Assembly: GCA_028023455.1 (NCBI GenBank) | Contig: JAQFVV010000003.1 | Span: 27,466,001 to 27,530,000, forward strand | Source of the DNA: Epiperipatus broadwayi | Lineage: Eukaryota; Animalia; Onychophora | DNA: 64,000 nucleotides | Direction: 5' to 3' | Part shown: one piece after another, positions 28,422-42,549 of the stretch | How the letters are laid out: every line of letters starts with the position of its first letter | Position numbering within the stretch: position 1 is the first letter of the stretch | Made by a program: the position numbers and the translations under genes | Notes under the pieces: generated by a model | Told to the model about the DNA's origin: nothing | The model's input: only the letters and a program-made list of their open reading frames with translations | Database searches by the model: none

Positions 28422-30878
28422 TGTTTTTTTGTACTTTTACTTGGCTATTTACATAAAAGGATTATTAAAAAAAAAATTATTTTTTTTTACAGCTTATTTT
28501 TTTATAAAAAAAAATACCAGTTTTTTCCTCATTATTTTATGTTTGTCTTCCCTTCCCTGTTATTGGGTGATTTCCCTATATTAGTTCATAATTTTTTTTA
28601 ATGAATACACTTTAAACTAAAAATGAATTATTATTACTAAATATATCTTTTGTATATACATATAAAAAAATCATATCAGTTTTTTCTCATTATTTATGTT
28701 TGCCTTGCCTTCCCTCCTTTGTTATTAAGTACTTTCTCTATATTAGTTTATTATAAAGAATATTAACTATATTTCATCTACATAAGTTAATCTTTTTCAG
28801 ATTTAATATTGTAAAATAATTTAAAATTAATTCTGCATTGATAATATACATCATAATGATCTAGGGGGTTTCATTATTTTGTGACATAGCTTTAAATTTG
28901 AAATGTTAAAATAAGTTGTCAACCAATGGCAAAAATCATCATATTGTTGTCCAATTAAAATTACTTAGTTATAATCTCATCTTGTCCCATACAGTCTTCA
29001 GACAAAGAGCATAAATGTATGGAAAAAGAGTTTTGACTATTAGGATTTTCCTTTGAACTATTTTTATTTGTTCAATGTTATTTTTCATGTCATCAATCAT
29101 GTGTATTAATAATTGCAACAGTAAGAATGTGGGCCCATTAAATCACATTACTATCCTTTAGTCACACAGACATAGAAAATCTATTTTTTTTTCTTCTGGA
29201 GTTAGAATAGAAAATATTCATTTATGAATGGCTGTTAATGATTTCAGAATCCATATTAAATTGTTCAATATTAAATCTAAAAAACTCTCATACAAATATA
29301 TCTCACATTTTCTCAATTTAACTTTTTTTTAAAAAAAAATAAAAATGTTTGTAATTCTTCTCTGATTTTTTTTTTCATGTTTAATATATATCTAATATCC
29401 TGTGATGCTTTATTTAACTAAACAGTGTCAATTTTTTGTATTTCTGATGTGTAGTAGGATGTACAGGTTGAATATCATTTTTCCAAAACCTATGAAAAAT
29501 ATGGTCAAAATGTGCTTATTTCATATACTATATTCTTATCAGTAGTACATATTGACTGTCAAGAATGCATGATTCATAAAACCCCAAAATTTATAATTTC
29601 TAAAAGTATATTTTCAAGCAAATGAGAACAAAAAATATGGTGATAGCTTCTCATATCTGTATAATTTTTTTATGTTGATTGCCGCGAAATAATAAAAACT
29701 TTGGCTCAATTTTTATGAAACAGTTTAAATTATCGGAGTGCTGTATAAATAATATATATTAACCTGCATCTGTATGAATCATTTAAAAGCAAAAAAAGTT
29801 GTAATTCTAAAAAATATGGTGTTAACTTTTAATATTTGGGCTCTTATATATATTAAACATCACAATATAGCAAAGCATGTGCTTGGAGAATGCAGTTCTT
29901 CTTTTATGGAAAAGTTGCATTATTAAAAAATCATGTCAGTTTATCTTTACACAGAGGCAGTTTATCTTTATTGAGTTTCAATTTTGTACAAAATATAAAA
30001 AAACAAAGTTCTATGTCAAATGTTTAGCCTCAAAACAGAAAAAAAAAAAATAAATAACAAGAATTGTTCAATACTCAGTCCCTTTTACATCAGATCACAA
30101 TTTGTGAAATAACATACAAAAATGAGTATCTTTTATGATTGAATATACTATATAAAAAAATTATAATGAAGTAAATATAAGTAATGCATTTCAATATATT
30201 TAGTTATTCAATTAATTCTTTTTGAATAATATTCATCAATAAATAAATCTTTTTTTTTTATAGCGCGATGTTTGTAAACTGTAATATTTAACACAGCATT
30301 ACGCTGTTGCACATGCGTTTTGAAGATTTTAACTATAAATGAATGAATACTAACACTCAACCACATGATAAAGTCTTTGGAAATAAATTACATTTAATAA
30401 AGTATACCAATAAATTATAATATTTACATTTATTTATTTTTATTTAATAATCTTTTTTAAGTATTCTTCATTTTTTCCTCTTATAATTATAGGTATGTAT
30501 TTGAGTAATTGTTCAAATTCATAACATTTTCTAATTTTTAAACACCTAGGGTCAAGGCTTTCAGAATAATTATATTCAACCCATTATTATTCTTTCAAAA
30601 GAACTTTTATTTGTGCCTCTTTGCCCATTGTCAATATCATTAGATTACAATAATGTCTAAGTTACACTTATTCTACCTCCCCTTTCCACCTATACATAAT
30701 CCAACTGACAAACAATCATAGTAATTACCATATTTAACATTATCAATATTTAACATGTAATTTTTCTGGGTACAACAATCATCTTTTGATAACCGTGGTC
30801 AAATAATAAGTACAATCTACAGAGACCTATCAAGGCAGCCTGCTTAATAAATTACAACTTGAATTTTGTCATGACCTG

Positions 30879-31025
30879 CAGTGTTTTTACTCTGACTCCT
30901 GAGGGTCCTGATCACACTTCATGTTAGTACAAACATACCTGATTTGTCACAACCCACAGTGTTTTCACTCTGACTTCTGAGGGTCCTGATCACACTTCAT
31001 ATTAGTACAAACATACCTGATTTGT
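30879..31025. repeat. Tandem duplication, ~69-bp unit with 78-bp period
   Basis: Two copies of cagtgtttt.actctgact.ctgagggtcctgatcacacttcat.ttagtacaaacatacctgatttgt. Confidence 0.85.
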
Positions 31026-31310
31026 AAATCTACAAGCAATTATTTACATTTTTGTACAATAAAATTATATAATTCAAATAATTAGAAATATAAATTGGGA
31101 CCCTTCAAGTCTGTAGTGACTACATCCACCCAAACCGAAGACCTGGAGTGCCTCCTAATCTCCTATCCTTTCAGAGGTCAGGAGAATTGACCTTAATCAA
31201 TTGGAGATAGTTAAACGTTTACTCAATGTTTGGTTGGCCTTCCTGCTTCTCAGAAACAGTGTCCTATAAGTTATGAGCCTATCAGGGAATATGGATACAA
31301 GTCTTTTGAG

Positions 31311-31372
31311 TTTGATGTATAATAAATTGTTGTCACAAGGATTTGATGTATAATAAATTGTTGTCACAAGGA
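31311..31372. repeat. Perfect 31-bp tandem duplication
   Basis: tttgatgtataataaattgttgtcacaagga x2. Confidence 0.85.
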
Positions 31373-31379
31373 TGTCCTC

Positions 31380-32650
31380 ATATACATAATAACAGTGATT
31401 ACTTAGAGTATGTTAATCAGTGAGTTCATTAGAGTATTCTATCTAATTGATATAGTCTTGGCCAAGTTAACTCTGGACCAAATTTGATCCACCATCCATT
31501 CCTGACACATCCTCTTGTCGGTCTTTCCAGCTCTTTAATTTTCTTAAGAAAAATTTTATGAAAGGTTTGTTCAGTTCACCATTGAAATATTAAAATGTTC
31601 CGGGCAGCCCAAATGGCAAAGTTCACTTGAGTTGCAAGTCTGATCAACCCAAATTCACCTTTTTTTGATTGCTTTGGTAATATCAGCGTTGGCGATATTT
31701 TTATCTGACGTTTACATTAGGAACTATCTCCAATCTTACGTAATATGTTCATGATCCTCCTCAGCTTTATTGCAGAGAGGGCATATAGGGTCCAAACTAA
31801 TCCCTTTCCTATAATTTAGAAAGGCTCAAGTAGGAAGGACTCCAAGACTGACCTTGAGCAGAAAGTCTACCAGTTTTGATTCTAATTTTAACCTCTTGGT
31901 CAGCCTCGCAAATCCAATTATACCAAGTAAGGGTTTACTTTTTTCTTCAACCTTATCATTATGTGAGAGCCCATAAGTATCCCAATAAGATAATTTCCCC
32001 GCAAACAAGTTGCTGGAAGTCTTGATGTTGTTGATGACTATTGAGATCTTTTGCTTCAACCAAACACCCTCTTTAAGTGGAAGGTATCGATCTGTTGCTC
32101 CACTTTAATGCATGGCAAGGGACACTCAATTTTCTCGTTCTCACACAACAACCTGACCAAGATGTTATGGGTCCGTTGCAGGAGAAAATTCTGTAGGGAA
32201 TGCAGCCCTAAACCATTCAACTTCTTAGGTTGTTAAAGGATCCTCATGCTGATTACTAGTGCCTTCACCCCCCCCAGCACAGCTTCCTATATAGTGTTTC
32301 AATTTGTTTAATAAACACCCTTGTTGGGGAAAAGCCTGCCAAAAAGTATGTTATCTTTGGCAGCACCACTGCATTTAGTAGCGCGATCTTTCCCAACAAT
32401 TACAGAGGGACCATCCTCAAGAAATTTACAGTTTTTTCGACCTTATCAAACAAGGCCTCTGGAGCTCTTTTCTCATAACATTGGGGGGGGGGGCAGTCAG
32501 AAGCCAAGAAATTTCTGCGGAGGAGCTCTAAATCTCTCCGGGATTTGTTTCCCGGTTCTAATCGACCATAAGGCCGATTTTTCCTCAATGACCTTTAGAC
32601 CAAAGTCACAAGCAACCTGGTCTAATATCTTCTCTAGCATTCTTTAGTTA
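31380..32650 (-). mobile_element. 5'-truncated, disrupted non-LTR retrotransposon 3' part (zf-RVT), antisense in intron 2 of the MBD gene
   Basis: Higher GC; ORF fragments 31826-32059 and 32400-32588; LLKVSLGVLPT followed by the zinc knuckle CPLCNKAEEDHEHI. Confidence 0.7.
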
Positions 32651-32989
32651 TAAATAATTAAGTTAAAATATAATTAAATTAATCTTTTGTGTATAAATGG
32701 CTTCTTGTTGTTTTTTCTTTTTTTAGTGCATTGCATTTAATGCCTTTCTTTTTAAGAAAATGCTCTTTATATATCCCACTCTCCATCTCAAACTTAGACA
32801 TTTCTTCCAACTTTTTTTTAAAAAGGGAGTTATTCATTTTAGAATTTTTCAATAAGCTACCATGAATCTAAGCTTTTCATTTAGTCACAGTATTATTTAA
32901 AATTATTTTTAAAAATTTGCTAGCAATTTAATAAATGTTTCAAATTTATATATATTTAAAATAATTATGTTTACTTTTTTTTTTTTTAG

Positions 32990-33629
32990 TCCAGATGGTA
33001 AAAAATTCCGTTCTAAAGTAGAGTTACAGAGGCATTTTATAAAAGAGAAAATTGATTTAAATGCAGATGATTTTGATTTTACAATAAGAGGAAGAGGAAG
33101 TGAATTAACTAAGTCAAGTGCTAAATCAAGTTCACCTCGTAAACGATCAAAGCCATCCAAAAAGAAAAAACAGGTGAAAGCAATAAAACCATCTGTTCTG
33201 CCAGCATCTAAAAAAGTTCGTAAAAAACTTATTATTAAAATGTCTTTTAATAGCCCCAAAAAAAGATGGGTAAGTAAGGTATCAGAAGAAACAAATGAAA
33301 ATATAATTCCCAAAAAAAAGCCAAGAAAGAAACCAAAAGGAAGTTCGATTGGAAAGAAAAGAAGATCATTTAAAAATAAAAATAAAAATTCTAAAAATAA
33401 AACAGAAATTGCAAATGCTGAACCAGAAGAGATAGGAAACCCACCAGAAAATAATGAAGAAAAAGAAGAGGTTGTTTTAGAAATGGCCTCTGAACCACAA
33501 GAACAAGATTCAAATTTACAGAGTGAAGGCACTGAAGAACCAGCTCCTCCAGAGCAAAGTTCATCAGAAAGTCATTCAGAAAGCAGTCATACATCTAATG
33601 CAAGTGATCCAACTAGAGGTGAGGATTAA
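32990..33629 (+). CDS. MECP2: MBD4/MeCP2-like gene, last coding exon: second half of the MBD (SPDGKKFRSKVELQRHF...DDFDFTIRGRGS), Lys-rich region with KKLIIKMSF, acidic tail, TAA
   Basis: Poly-T/AG acceptor; AG|T completes Ser in frame with exon 2; ORF track 32967-33629; matches MeCP2 PQGKAFRSKVEL...DFDFTVTGRGS. Confidence 0.9.
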
Positions 33630-36600
33630 TTGTTCTCCAAGAATGGAAATTGATGTATAATTACTTTTTTTATATATATATATAGAAAACTTAATTATGA
33701 ATGTTATTTATAAAATTTCATTTTAAAAAAAAAAACTTATTATTTTTAAATATATACATTTAATTCCAAGTAGGATTTAAATGAAAGTGAATGAGAATGT
33801 ATTCTCCATTAGTTGATAATTAGCTTCATTTTATCAAATGTTTTTATTTTTGTAGTCATGCCTATTTATTTATTTTATTTATCAACATTTCTGAAATAAT
33901 TGAATCAAGTTATAGTCTGATTTACATATCATAATTATGAAGGTTGAGATTTTTAAACATTTGTAAAAGTTGGTGTTGATATTCTCATGTCGTGTAAATG
34001 CATATATTTACATGTATGTATTTATACATGTATTTCCTGATCTGCTCTTTTGAATAGTTTGCAAACCATCTTATATTAATTGTGTGTTTATATGTATATG
34101 AACGCTATATATGTCTGTACACAAGAGTGAATTATAAATTAAGATAACATTTAATACTTTGTTTTACAATGAGGTTTCTAGAGGGAGCTTTATATATTTG
34201 CCTTTTTTAAAAAAATTATTCAAAATAACATTATTGAAAATAAATATTTGAATGATTTAGTGGTAAACTGAAATGAAATTTTATGTCTTCAGCCTAATGG
34301 GAATCTGTACCTGGGTTTCTATATTATGTATTTATTTATTTTTACTAAACATAGATATTGGGATATTAGTTAATATAAATTATTAAAAATTAAATTTATA
34401 TAAACACTATCAATAATAGTAATATTAAACATTGCTAAATTAGAATCATTAATTTTTTAAGACTATTGCGTAAGTGCAAAAAATAAACTTTTTACATTAA
34501 ATTCTTATTTTCTATAAAGTAGTCATTGTATCATAGAGGAATAGAATAGTATTGGTATTTTATATATAAGATAATATACATAATATATTCATACACACTA
34601 CTACAGTGCTTGAACAAATATGTCATTGAGTTTTATTTGCATATCAGAATTTTATTTAAATTATATGATTTGTGAAGAAAGTTGGGCAAGGATTTACGTA
34701 ATCAACATAATTGAAACATTCCTCTAAAAGTAGTTTTTTTTTTTTTCAAATTTTGATAAATATATATATTCTAAACATTATCAATAAATAATGAAGACTT
34801 TAAACAAATGAATAATCAGTATTTATTTTTATCATTTAACATTAACTGTGTGTTGTTTTTTTGTTTGTTTAAAGTTATTTCATATATGTGTATACATACA
34901 CATAAAATATATAAATTTTGTAATTTTTATTTATCATAATCATGACCATCTTTAATGAAGTAACATGGTTGTGGTTGTAAGGCTCAATTGTTTAGTATAA
35001 TGTAATTACACTTTAAATGTATATATTGCTTGCTTTTATACCTGAATGATCTAAATTAATGATATTTAAATACTATATGTTATTTTATTTTCTTGTTTAT
35101 TTCTTATCGCTAAATGGCCGTTAAAAATTTTAATGGCCATGAAAAAAATTTCCCTTTACTGATAATTAATTTAACATTTAAAATTATTTATTTTTATGAA
35201 AAATAATTTAATTAAAATGTATACATATGATAGTTGTAGTAATGCATTTCACATATTTTTTGTAATTAAATATTTAAACTTTTTTCAATTCAACATTTTA
35301 AATTGTTAAAAGTATTTGTTTGTGTAGTGTATTGTTTTGTCACATATATGAAATCATACTATTCTATTCACCTTGCTTTCATTAAGTTTAACAAACTAGT
35401 GAGTATGGTAAACTCTAAGAATTAAACAGTGTAAGATCAATTTCCAATTGAGAAATGTGAGATATAAAAATTTGATTTAGATAATTGAATAGAGCTGTTG
35501 TGCTTATCACCTATCTCACTTAAATGCTTCAATATCTTTTGACCTTAGCAGATGATCGTACAACTACTGTTGTTATTAATTTTATTATCCATATGTCTGC
35601 ATTTCAATATTTGCTACAGTCTTAAACTAAGGTACATGGTTTCGTACCCTAAAATATTTATTTACATTTTAATTAAAAGCATATATTACTAGAATGTGAA
35701 CTATTTGAAATAGTTGGATATATATTAAATTATTTTGACATGCAAAGAAATATATAGCATTATAATTTACGTTTTTATGAAAACTACTTAGTATTTGGAA
35801 TAAGCAAAATTATGTAGAAGTCATTCATTACAAAAAAGATGATTAAATAAAATTGTTTGTTACATTAATTCATTTTATAATTAAATTACAACAAAATTAA
35901 TAATCTTTCAGATCTTCTTCCCCCCCCCCTCAATAAATAGATGCTATTTGTAAATTAGTTGATGAAAACAATCCATATAATTATATTTTATTACATACAT
36001 ATCAAAACAATATATTAAATAAAGATTTTATTCATTGGAATATAAATTGTATAACTTGGTATATTTGTATTTGAAATAAAGTAATGAAATTATTTATCAC
36101 TGAATTTATCTATATATGCTTAACAGCTCCTATGAGAAAAATAAATTGTGTAAAAAGTGTGTATTTTTGTTCTTAATATTTAAAACATCTTTACGTGCAT
36201 GTGTGATTCTTGATATTTTTGAACCATATAATACTGAGTTTATGTTCTGTTGTGACAATTAGAAATGTATAATTGCCTTAAAAAAGATCTGGAAAAAAAA
36301 AGCAGTTTATTAATCTTTATGTTTTTACAAAACTAGTTTTTTTTTCTTTTTTTTTTTAATACCTTTTTTTAAAATTATTGTTTCTCTGGTTTAAATTATT
36401 ATGAAAATCCATTTTATTATTCTTCTTATTGTAAGAATCTACAACTGATACTACTCTGTCATGATGTTATTATTCATTTTTTTCAATAATAAAATTCTTG
36501 TGTTAAACAATATTTATAAAATGCATTTGTAATATTATTATTAAATAATTAATATTTAGGGAAAATATTAATAATATATATTTGAATTTAATAATATTTA

Positions 36601-39600
36601 CTCATAAGAGAATTATTTTTTTCATAATTCAAATTACTTTTATATACTGTCTTGAATAAAAAAATATTAATTAAAAAAAGAAAAGTCAAATGTGATATAA
36701 GTGGTCATTTAGACAAATTGTATCATTGAAATTTCATTTTTTTCTTTTTAATATGAAAATAAAATAATGAATATATTCAAACCAAATCTTTTATACATAA
36801 TATTATTTAACACTTGAAATTTAATTTTAAAAAGCTTTATTTATAATGTGTTGTGTAATGGGTGATTATGGTGAATTAATATTGTGTTTTAGATTATTTT
36901 AAGAAATAGTTTGTCATTTAAATAAAGTATTTCTTAAATTTTCTATCTGAATACAGATTCAGACAATATTAATTTTTGCAATTATATCAAACTAAAAGGC
37001 AATGGATTACTAATTATTAATAATTATGTTTCGCCATCTTAATGTATTGTTTTAAAAATTGTTTAATGCATTGAAATCAGAATTAATGATAAAATTAAAA
37101 AAAATAAAAACATTTATTGTATAAATAATAAAGTATATGCATTATTCACAACAAAATTTTGCTCAAACAGAGCTTTTATGGTACTTCAGCTATGCTTGAC
37201 ATGCATATTATTTTTGATGGCTTATGTCAAGTAAAACTGAGAAATAAATTAAAAAGACTACAAAATAGAAAAGACTAAAATCTTATCCTTAATATATATA
37301 TATATTCTGATTTATACATTATATAGCACTGAAATGCCCTCTATTTGGATAAATATCAAATTAAGATTTAAATGTCATGTAATTGATAATTATTGAAAAC
37401 CAGTTAAATAAAAGAGACACAAGACAATAATTTGCAGTTTTGGAAAACCTTTTCAGCTTTCGTGCTATGATCATTGTTTAAAATTCAAAAATTAGGAGAT
37501 TATTTATATAAAACAGATTTAATTAAAAATACGGAAAATGTTATACATGATTCCTGTTTATTATTAATAAAAAGATAAACAATTATAAAATTTGTGTTTG
37601 ATGTGGCATGCATGATTGCTGAGGATGAGATCTTTTTAAGACAGCAACTATATCCTTTGTATGCACCATCTAAAGCAATTTAATTTTATATTTAACTAAA
37701 TTAAATTTTAACAGATATTTATTGCATAAATTATAATTGATTGTGTTACTCTAATTTGTATTAGTTTTTTGAAATTTGCATTAATAGCAATAATTCCCAT
37801 ATCTCTATAGCTTTGTAAGTCATACTATGATCTGCGTGAAATCATTATTTCAATGGTACTCTTGTTTACTATATTGTTTTTATGTTTAATATTTATACTG
37901 ACTATATTATGATTTGTGAATGAAAGAATTTATTTTTTTATGTTGTTAATAGTAATTGTGTGCTCATTCAGGTGCAAAAAAAAAGTAACATTATTATAGA
38001 TGAATGAATCTCTTTAGTTGTCTCCCAGTCTTCCAAATAGAGAAAATCCATTTTCAATTAGACAATTAACATTAATTAAAAAACATTTAATCCAAGAAAT
38101 AGATAATATCTTGTTTATTTATAAATTATTTATTTATTTATTAGTTGTGACTCATATTTCAATAAAATTATTAAGTGTATTTATTTGTTTTATTTCTTTA
38201 TAATTTACGTAATTACACGTAATTTATAATAATTTTCATTATTACTGATGAAAAAGTATATGAAATTGTACTTGAAAATTAAGACTGGCATACTGACATT
38301 CTATTCTTAGACTAGTATACAATTGATTGATTGATTTAATAGATCCTACTTTAAGTGATGAAATAACTTGTAAAATATGGAAAGCAGTAACTAGTTCTTC
38401 TTTCGCTTTAACTCATGGAAGAATTAAAATATAATTAAATGATATTTACAAATTAAGAAATTTTTATAACTTTTCAAATATACATGATATTGCCCTGATC
38501 ACTTTGAAGAGTTTCATAAGGCAGTGGTTAGTGCATATTGAGATTCAAATATTTAGTGATGTTTGGATTTTTTATGTAACTGAGAACTTCCCAAGCATGC
38601 AATGCTAATCTTTTAATATTGATAATAAATGTAAAGCAGTCTTCACTACTGACAAGAAAGTTGTCATATATTTAACTGCAATCAGCTTTAACCAGTAAAC
38701 ATCCATTTTAGTTTCTAAACTAAAATCTAATTGGATATGATAATAATCCTATTATGGAATGGATTTGCAATGAAATATGAAAATAATAGGATATTATAAA
38801 TCCATAATGATTTAAATTTTGTTGTAAAGTAAATAAATTATCACAATCTAAACAATTTTGTCGAAATATTATTATTGAATAAATTATTCATCAGTTTTTA
38901 TATCATAAAAATTTTTGTGTATCAAATCATATATAACTATGAATGTTTAAACTTTTTTTTTTTTGTTTAAGTTGAAAGTTTAAGAACACAAAAACTTTAC
39001 ATGCATTGAGATTCTAAATTAATTTTTTAATGCATTGTTAATAAAATTGTCATTTTACCATATATATAAATTAACATAAGATTATTTATTGTCATGTAAA
39101 AAATATATGATTAAATAAAAATTATATCATCTCTGATAATCTGTTCTACTGATTTTATTAATATTGTTATCATATTTTATGCAGATAGAATAGTCATCAT
39201 AAATCTACTTGATCATCACCAGTATGATGTGCTATTGCTCGCTACTCGCCCTAATTCTAGCATTTCCGTATTGAAAGCTATATCATTAATATTGAGGATT
39301 TTTCTGAAGCTTTAATATTTACATATATATTAGTGATATAAAATTAGATAAAATCATATCTAACAGTGTGTATATATGTGTGTACATGTGAATATCAAAT
39401 CATTGCACAATTATTTGATATTATAAAATGCTCTCTATAGATTTTTTTTTTTTTTTTTGGAATCTGCGTACAGCATAACTATGAAAAACTAAGATTCATT
39501 GAATTGATTTCCAGGCAATGCATCAAGAAATATTGGCTTTTTAACATGCTAAATTAATATATATGTATAAAACAGAAGTATTGTATTTTAAGTGTGAAAA

Positions 39601-41510
39601 TTTAAATACATGTATTGTATATATAATGTAATATATAAATCATATTTTGATTGTGTAGAATTTTTATAAATTTGTGCTAACACCATGATTTTATTAATAT
39701 AATTAATACTACATTATTGTATCAATTACAGTATTATTTAGCTTTATATGATAATATACAATTCTGTATATAAATTTATTTAAACGCACAATGATTACGT
39801 AAGTAATATTTACTAAGGCTGTAACCTCAAGAATGTGCACGTAAAAATGCGATAGTAGGGACCTCTACAGGTCTTAATCACAAGCTTACGCTTAGTTTGA
39901 AAAAATATTTGTTACTTAAAAAAATTAAATTTTTCTGTTTGTTTTGTTGCTATTGTTAAAAGTTGCCACTATCAAAAATTAAAAAAAAAAATCCATTTAA
40001 TAGACTGTCAACTATAAGTTCTCTCAGATTTGTTTACTTTTAAAAATAACAAACATTGAATTTATTTTTATATAAATATTTGTAATGGATAGATTTATTT
40101 TGATATCAGAAAACTTTTTAGTTGAATTATGAATATATGTTTAAAATATGATTAAAATGCTTAACTCACTTTGGTATCTGGAAAGAAACTTCATATTAAT
40201 ACAAGCTATCTCATAATTGATATTTGGCATGTTGAATTTGTTTTAAATATCAAATTTTACAAAGAAATACGGTTAGGCTTATAAAGAAAATGTGATTTTA
40301 AAATAATTCATTTAAAGTAAATTCTTTAGTTTTTGAAAAAATAAACAAGTAATTTCCCACCAATCATGTGAACTACTCTTTCCATTACATAATAATTTAC
40401 ATTTTTATTTTCAAAAAATGGTGTTACTTTGATAAAATTTACTTACTATTAAATCAATTTGAGAATTCATCTGTGCGATATATATTTCAATTTGTAATTT
40501 GTTCTAGTTGAATTTTCATTTTTAAAAATAAAATAAGTTAACTCTAGTGCCAGTTTGATTATTTTTTCTTTATTGTGGTTATAGGAGTTTACATGCAATA
40601 AAAGTTAATCTGAAACCTGATTTCTGGAAATAACTAGTAGGAAATATATTTTCTAATGAATAGTCATAGGATTGTTTTTATTGCTATTTAAATTTAACAA
40701 TAGTCTTATTTAAATGGCAAATAATTGTTCATCAAATATTATTGCTTGGGTATACTAATTTGCATTCCTACTTAGAAACACAATGGGGATTAACTTTTTT
40801 TTTTTTTTTTTAAAAAAAAAAGTTTTCTTTAAATTTTTGAAAGCAATTACATTTGTAAATAAAGAATAGAAATATTGTTTGTGTATTTTTAGAATCAAGG
40901 TTTATACACATAGGTTTTATAGTCTGTTGAGTAATTGCAATTCACAATTGACAAATCTTTAAAGGTTGATAAGAGATAGACTACCATTGCTTCAAAATTT
41001 CTGGTTCCAAGACTTATTTGAATTTGTGAAATATTCATATTCAACAATAACCCTTTTCCAAAGTTTGCTGAAAATTTTAATGAATTATTAATTCTACTAT
41101 CTTTAGTTTGTGTATATTGAATAAATGTTTTTTTTATATTCTGTATAACTTGATCTTACTAGTAACATTATAATATTTTAAAGTGGAGAATATGCTTATA
41201 TTTTTTTTATCAGTGCAAAGTTTTTATACTGTAAAAATTAAAACTAGTTTGTAATTTTGTGGGATAATAGAAGTTTTGAATTAAAGATGTTTGGATTAAT
41301 GGTAGTTTATCAGTATATTAATTCAAAAAATTACTAAATTATTATGCTAATATGCATTCAAATGTATTTTGATGTATTATTTTTGAAAATGTCAAATATC
41401 ATCATTGCTTGATAATACATAATGTTCATAACAACAATCACATAGTTACTATAATGGTCAAATATCCAATACAATTTATTTGTCCATAATGCTGTCACAA
41501 ACACATAAAT

Positions 41511-41651
41511 AAATAATCAATCAAAATAAGATTGAAATAAACTATTAATAACTATTGTAATATTATATTATAATGGAGATGAAATCCAGTTCAATAAATA
41601 TTATAATATAATTATTAATAGTTGTTTATTTCAATCTTATTTTGATTATTT
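41511..41651. repeat. AT-rich inverted repeat (~55-bp arms)
   Basis: aataatcaatcaaaataagattgaaataaactattaataa versus ttattaatagttgtttatttcaatcttattttgattattt. Confidence 0.65.
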
Positions 41652-42549
41652 AACAATCACATAATACTGATATTTAGGTAAAATTTAGTTGTTTTTTTTT
41701 ACTTATAGTTATTGAAATATGCATTGTGGATTTTCTATATTATAAAATGCTTCCATAATTTATCAAATATTTAGGGGAAAATATTAATTTTCTAGAAATA
41801 TGGCATGAAATTAAATTCAGATTGCTTTTAATAATTAGTTCTAGAATATATTTAATGAATATTAAGGAATAATAGTTTTATTAAAGCTAGTTCAAAATAT
41901 CTTAATCATTTTAAAATTACATATATAAATAATATTCAAATATATATTTTTAATAAATAATTATTAAAAAATTGGGCTTTGTAACAAATTGATAATAAAT
42001 ATTTAATTTTATTTGATAGACTCCATGATTCATGATTTTCTTTTAATTAATGCATTCTTGACAACAACAAAAAGTATAGAACCCACTCCCCCTCTATGAA
42101 AATGGATATACAAAGAGTAGTTCTCTAAAGCGATACTTTTTTTTTATATATGGGTTTGTTTTTCTTAGCAAAAAAGAAGACATTTTTTAAAACTGTTATG
42201 AATAACACTTTTTGAGCTGGTTAAAACTTGGAAGCTTTTTCAGATTCCAAACAGGATGGAATTTTTTTTTACGTTAATGGTCCAGAATCAATTTAGCCGT
42301 ACTAACTATTGTTCCAATAAATGGATAATTAACTATTCTACCTAGAAATTGCCTAGCTGTTGAGCAATGCATTCTACTTTAATATTTTTGCTTGGAGAGT
42401 GGTATATATATTTTATATTGTAATATTACAATTCTAATCTTTTTTATTGCATTGCCCAATTTATCCAATATTAATATCAATCACTTTTCTTTATTCAGTT
42501 TTTTATAATGTATTATGCACTTATTTTACTATCACAATAGTAAAATTAA

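Noticed and set aside
32909-33532. 207-aa minus-strand ORF (also 33391-33594)
   Set aside because: Antisense shadow of the purine-rich MBD exon 3; low-complexity Phe/Leu/Ser content.
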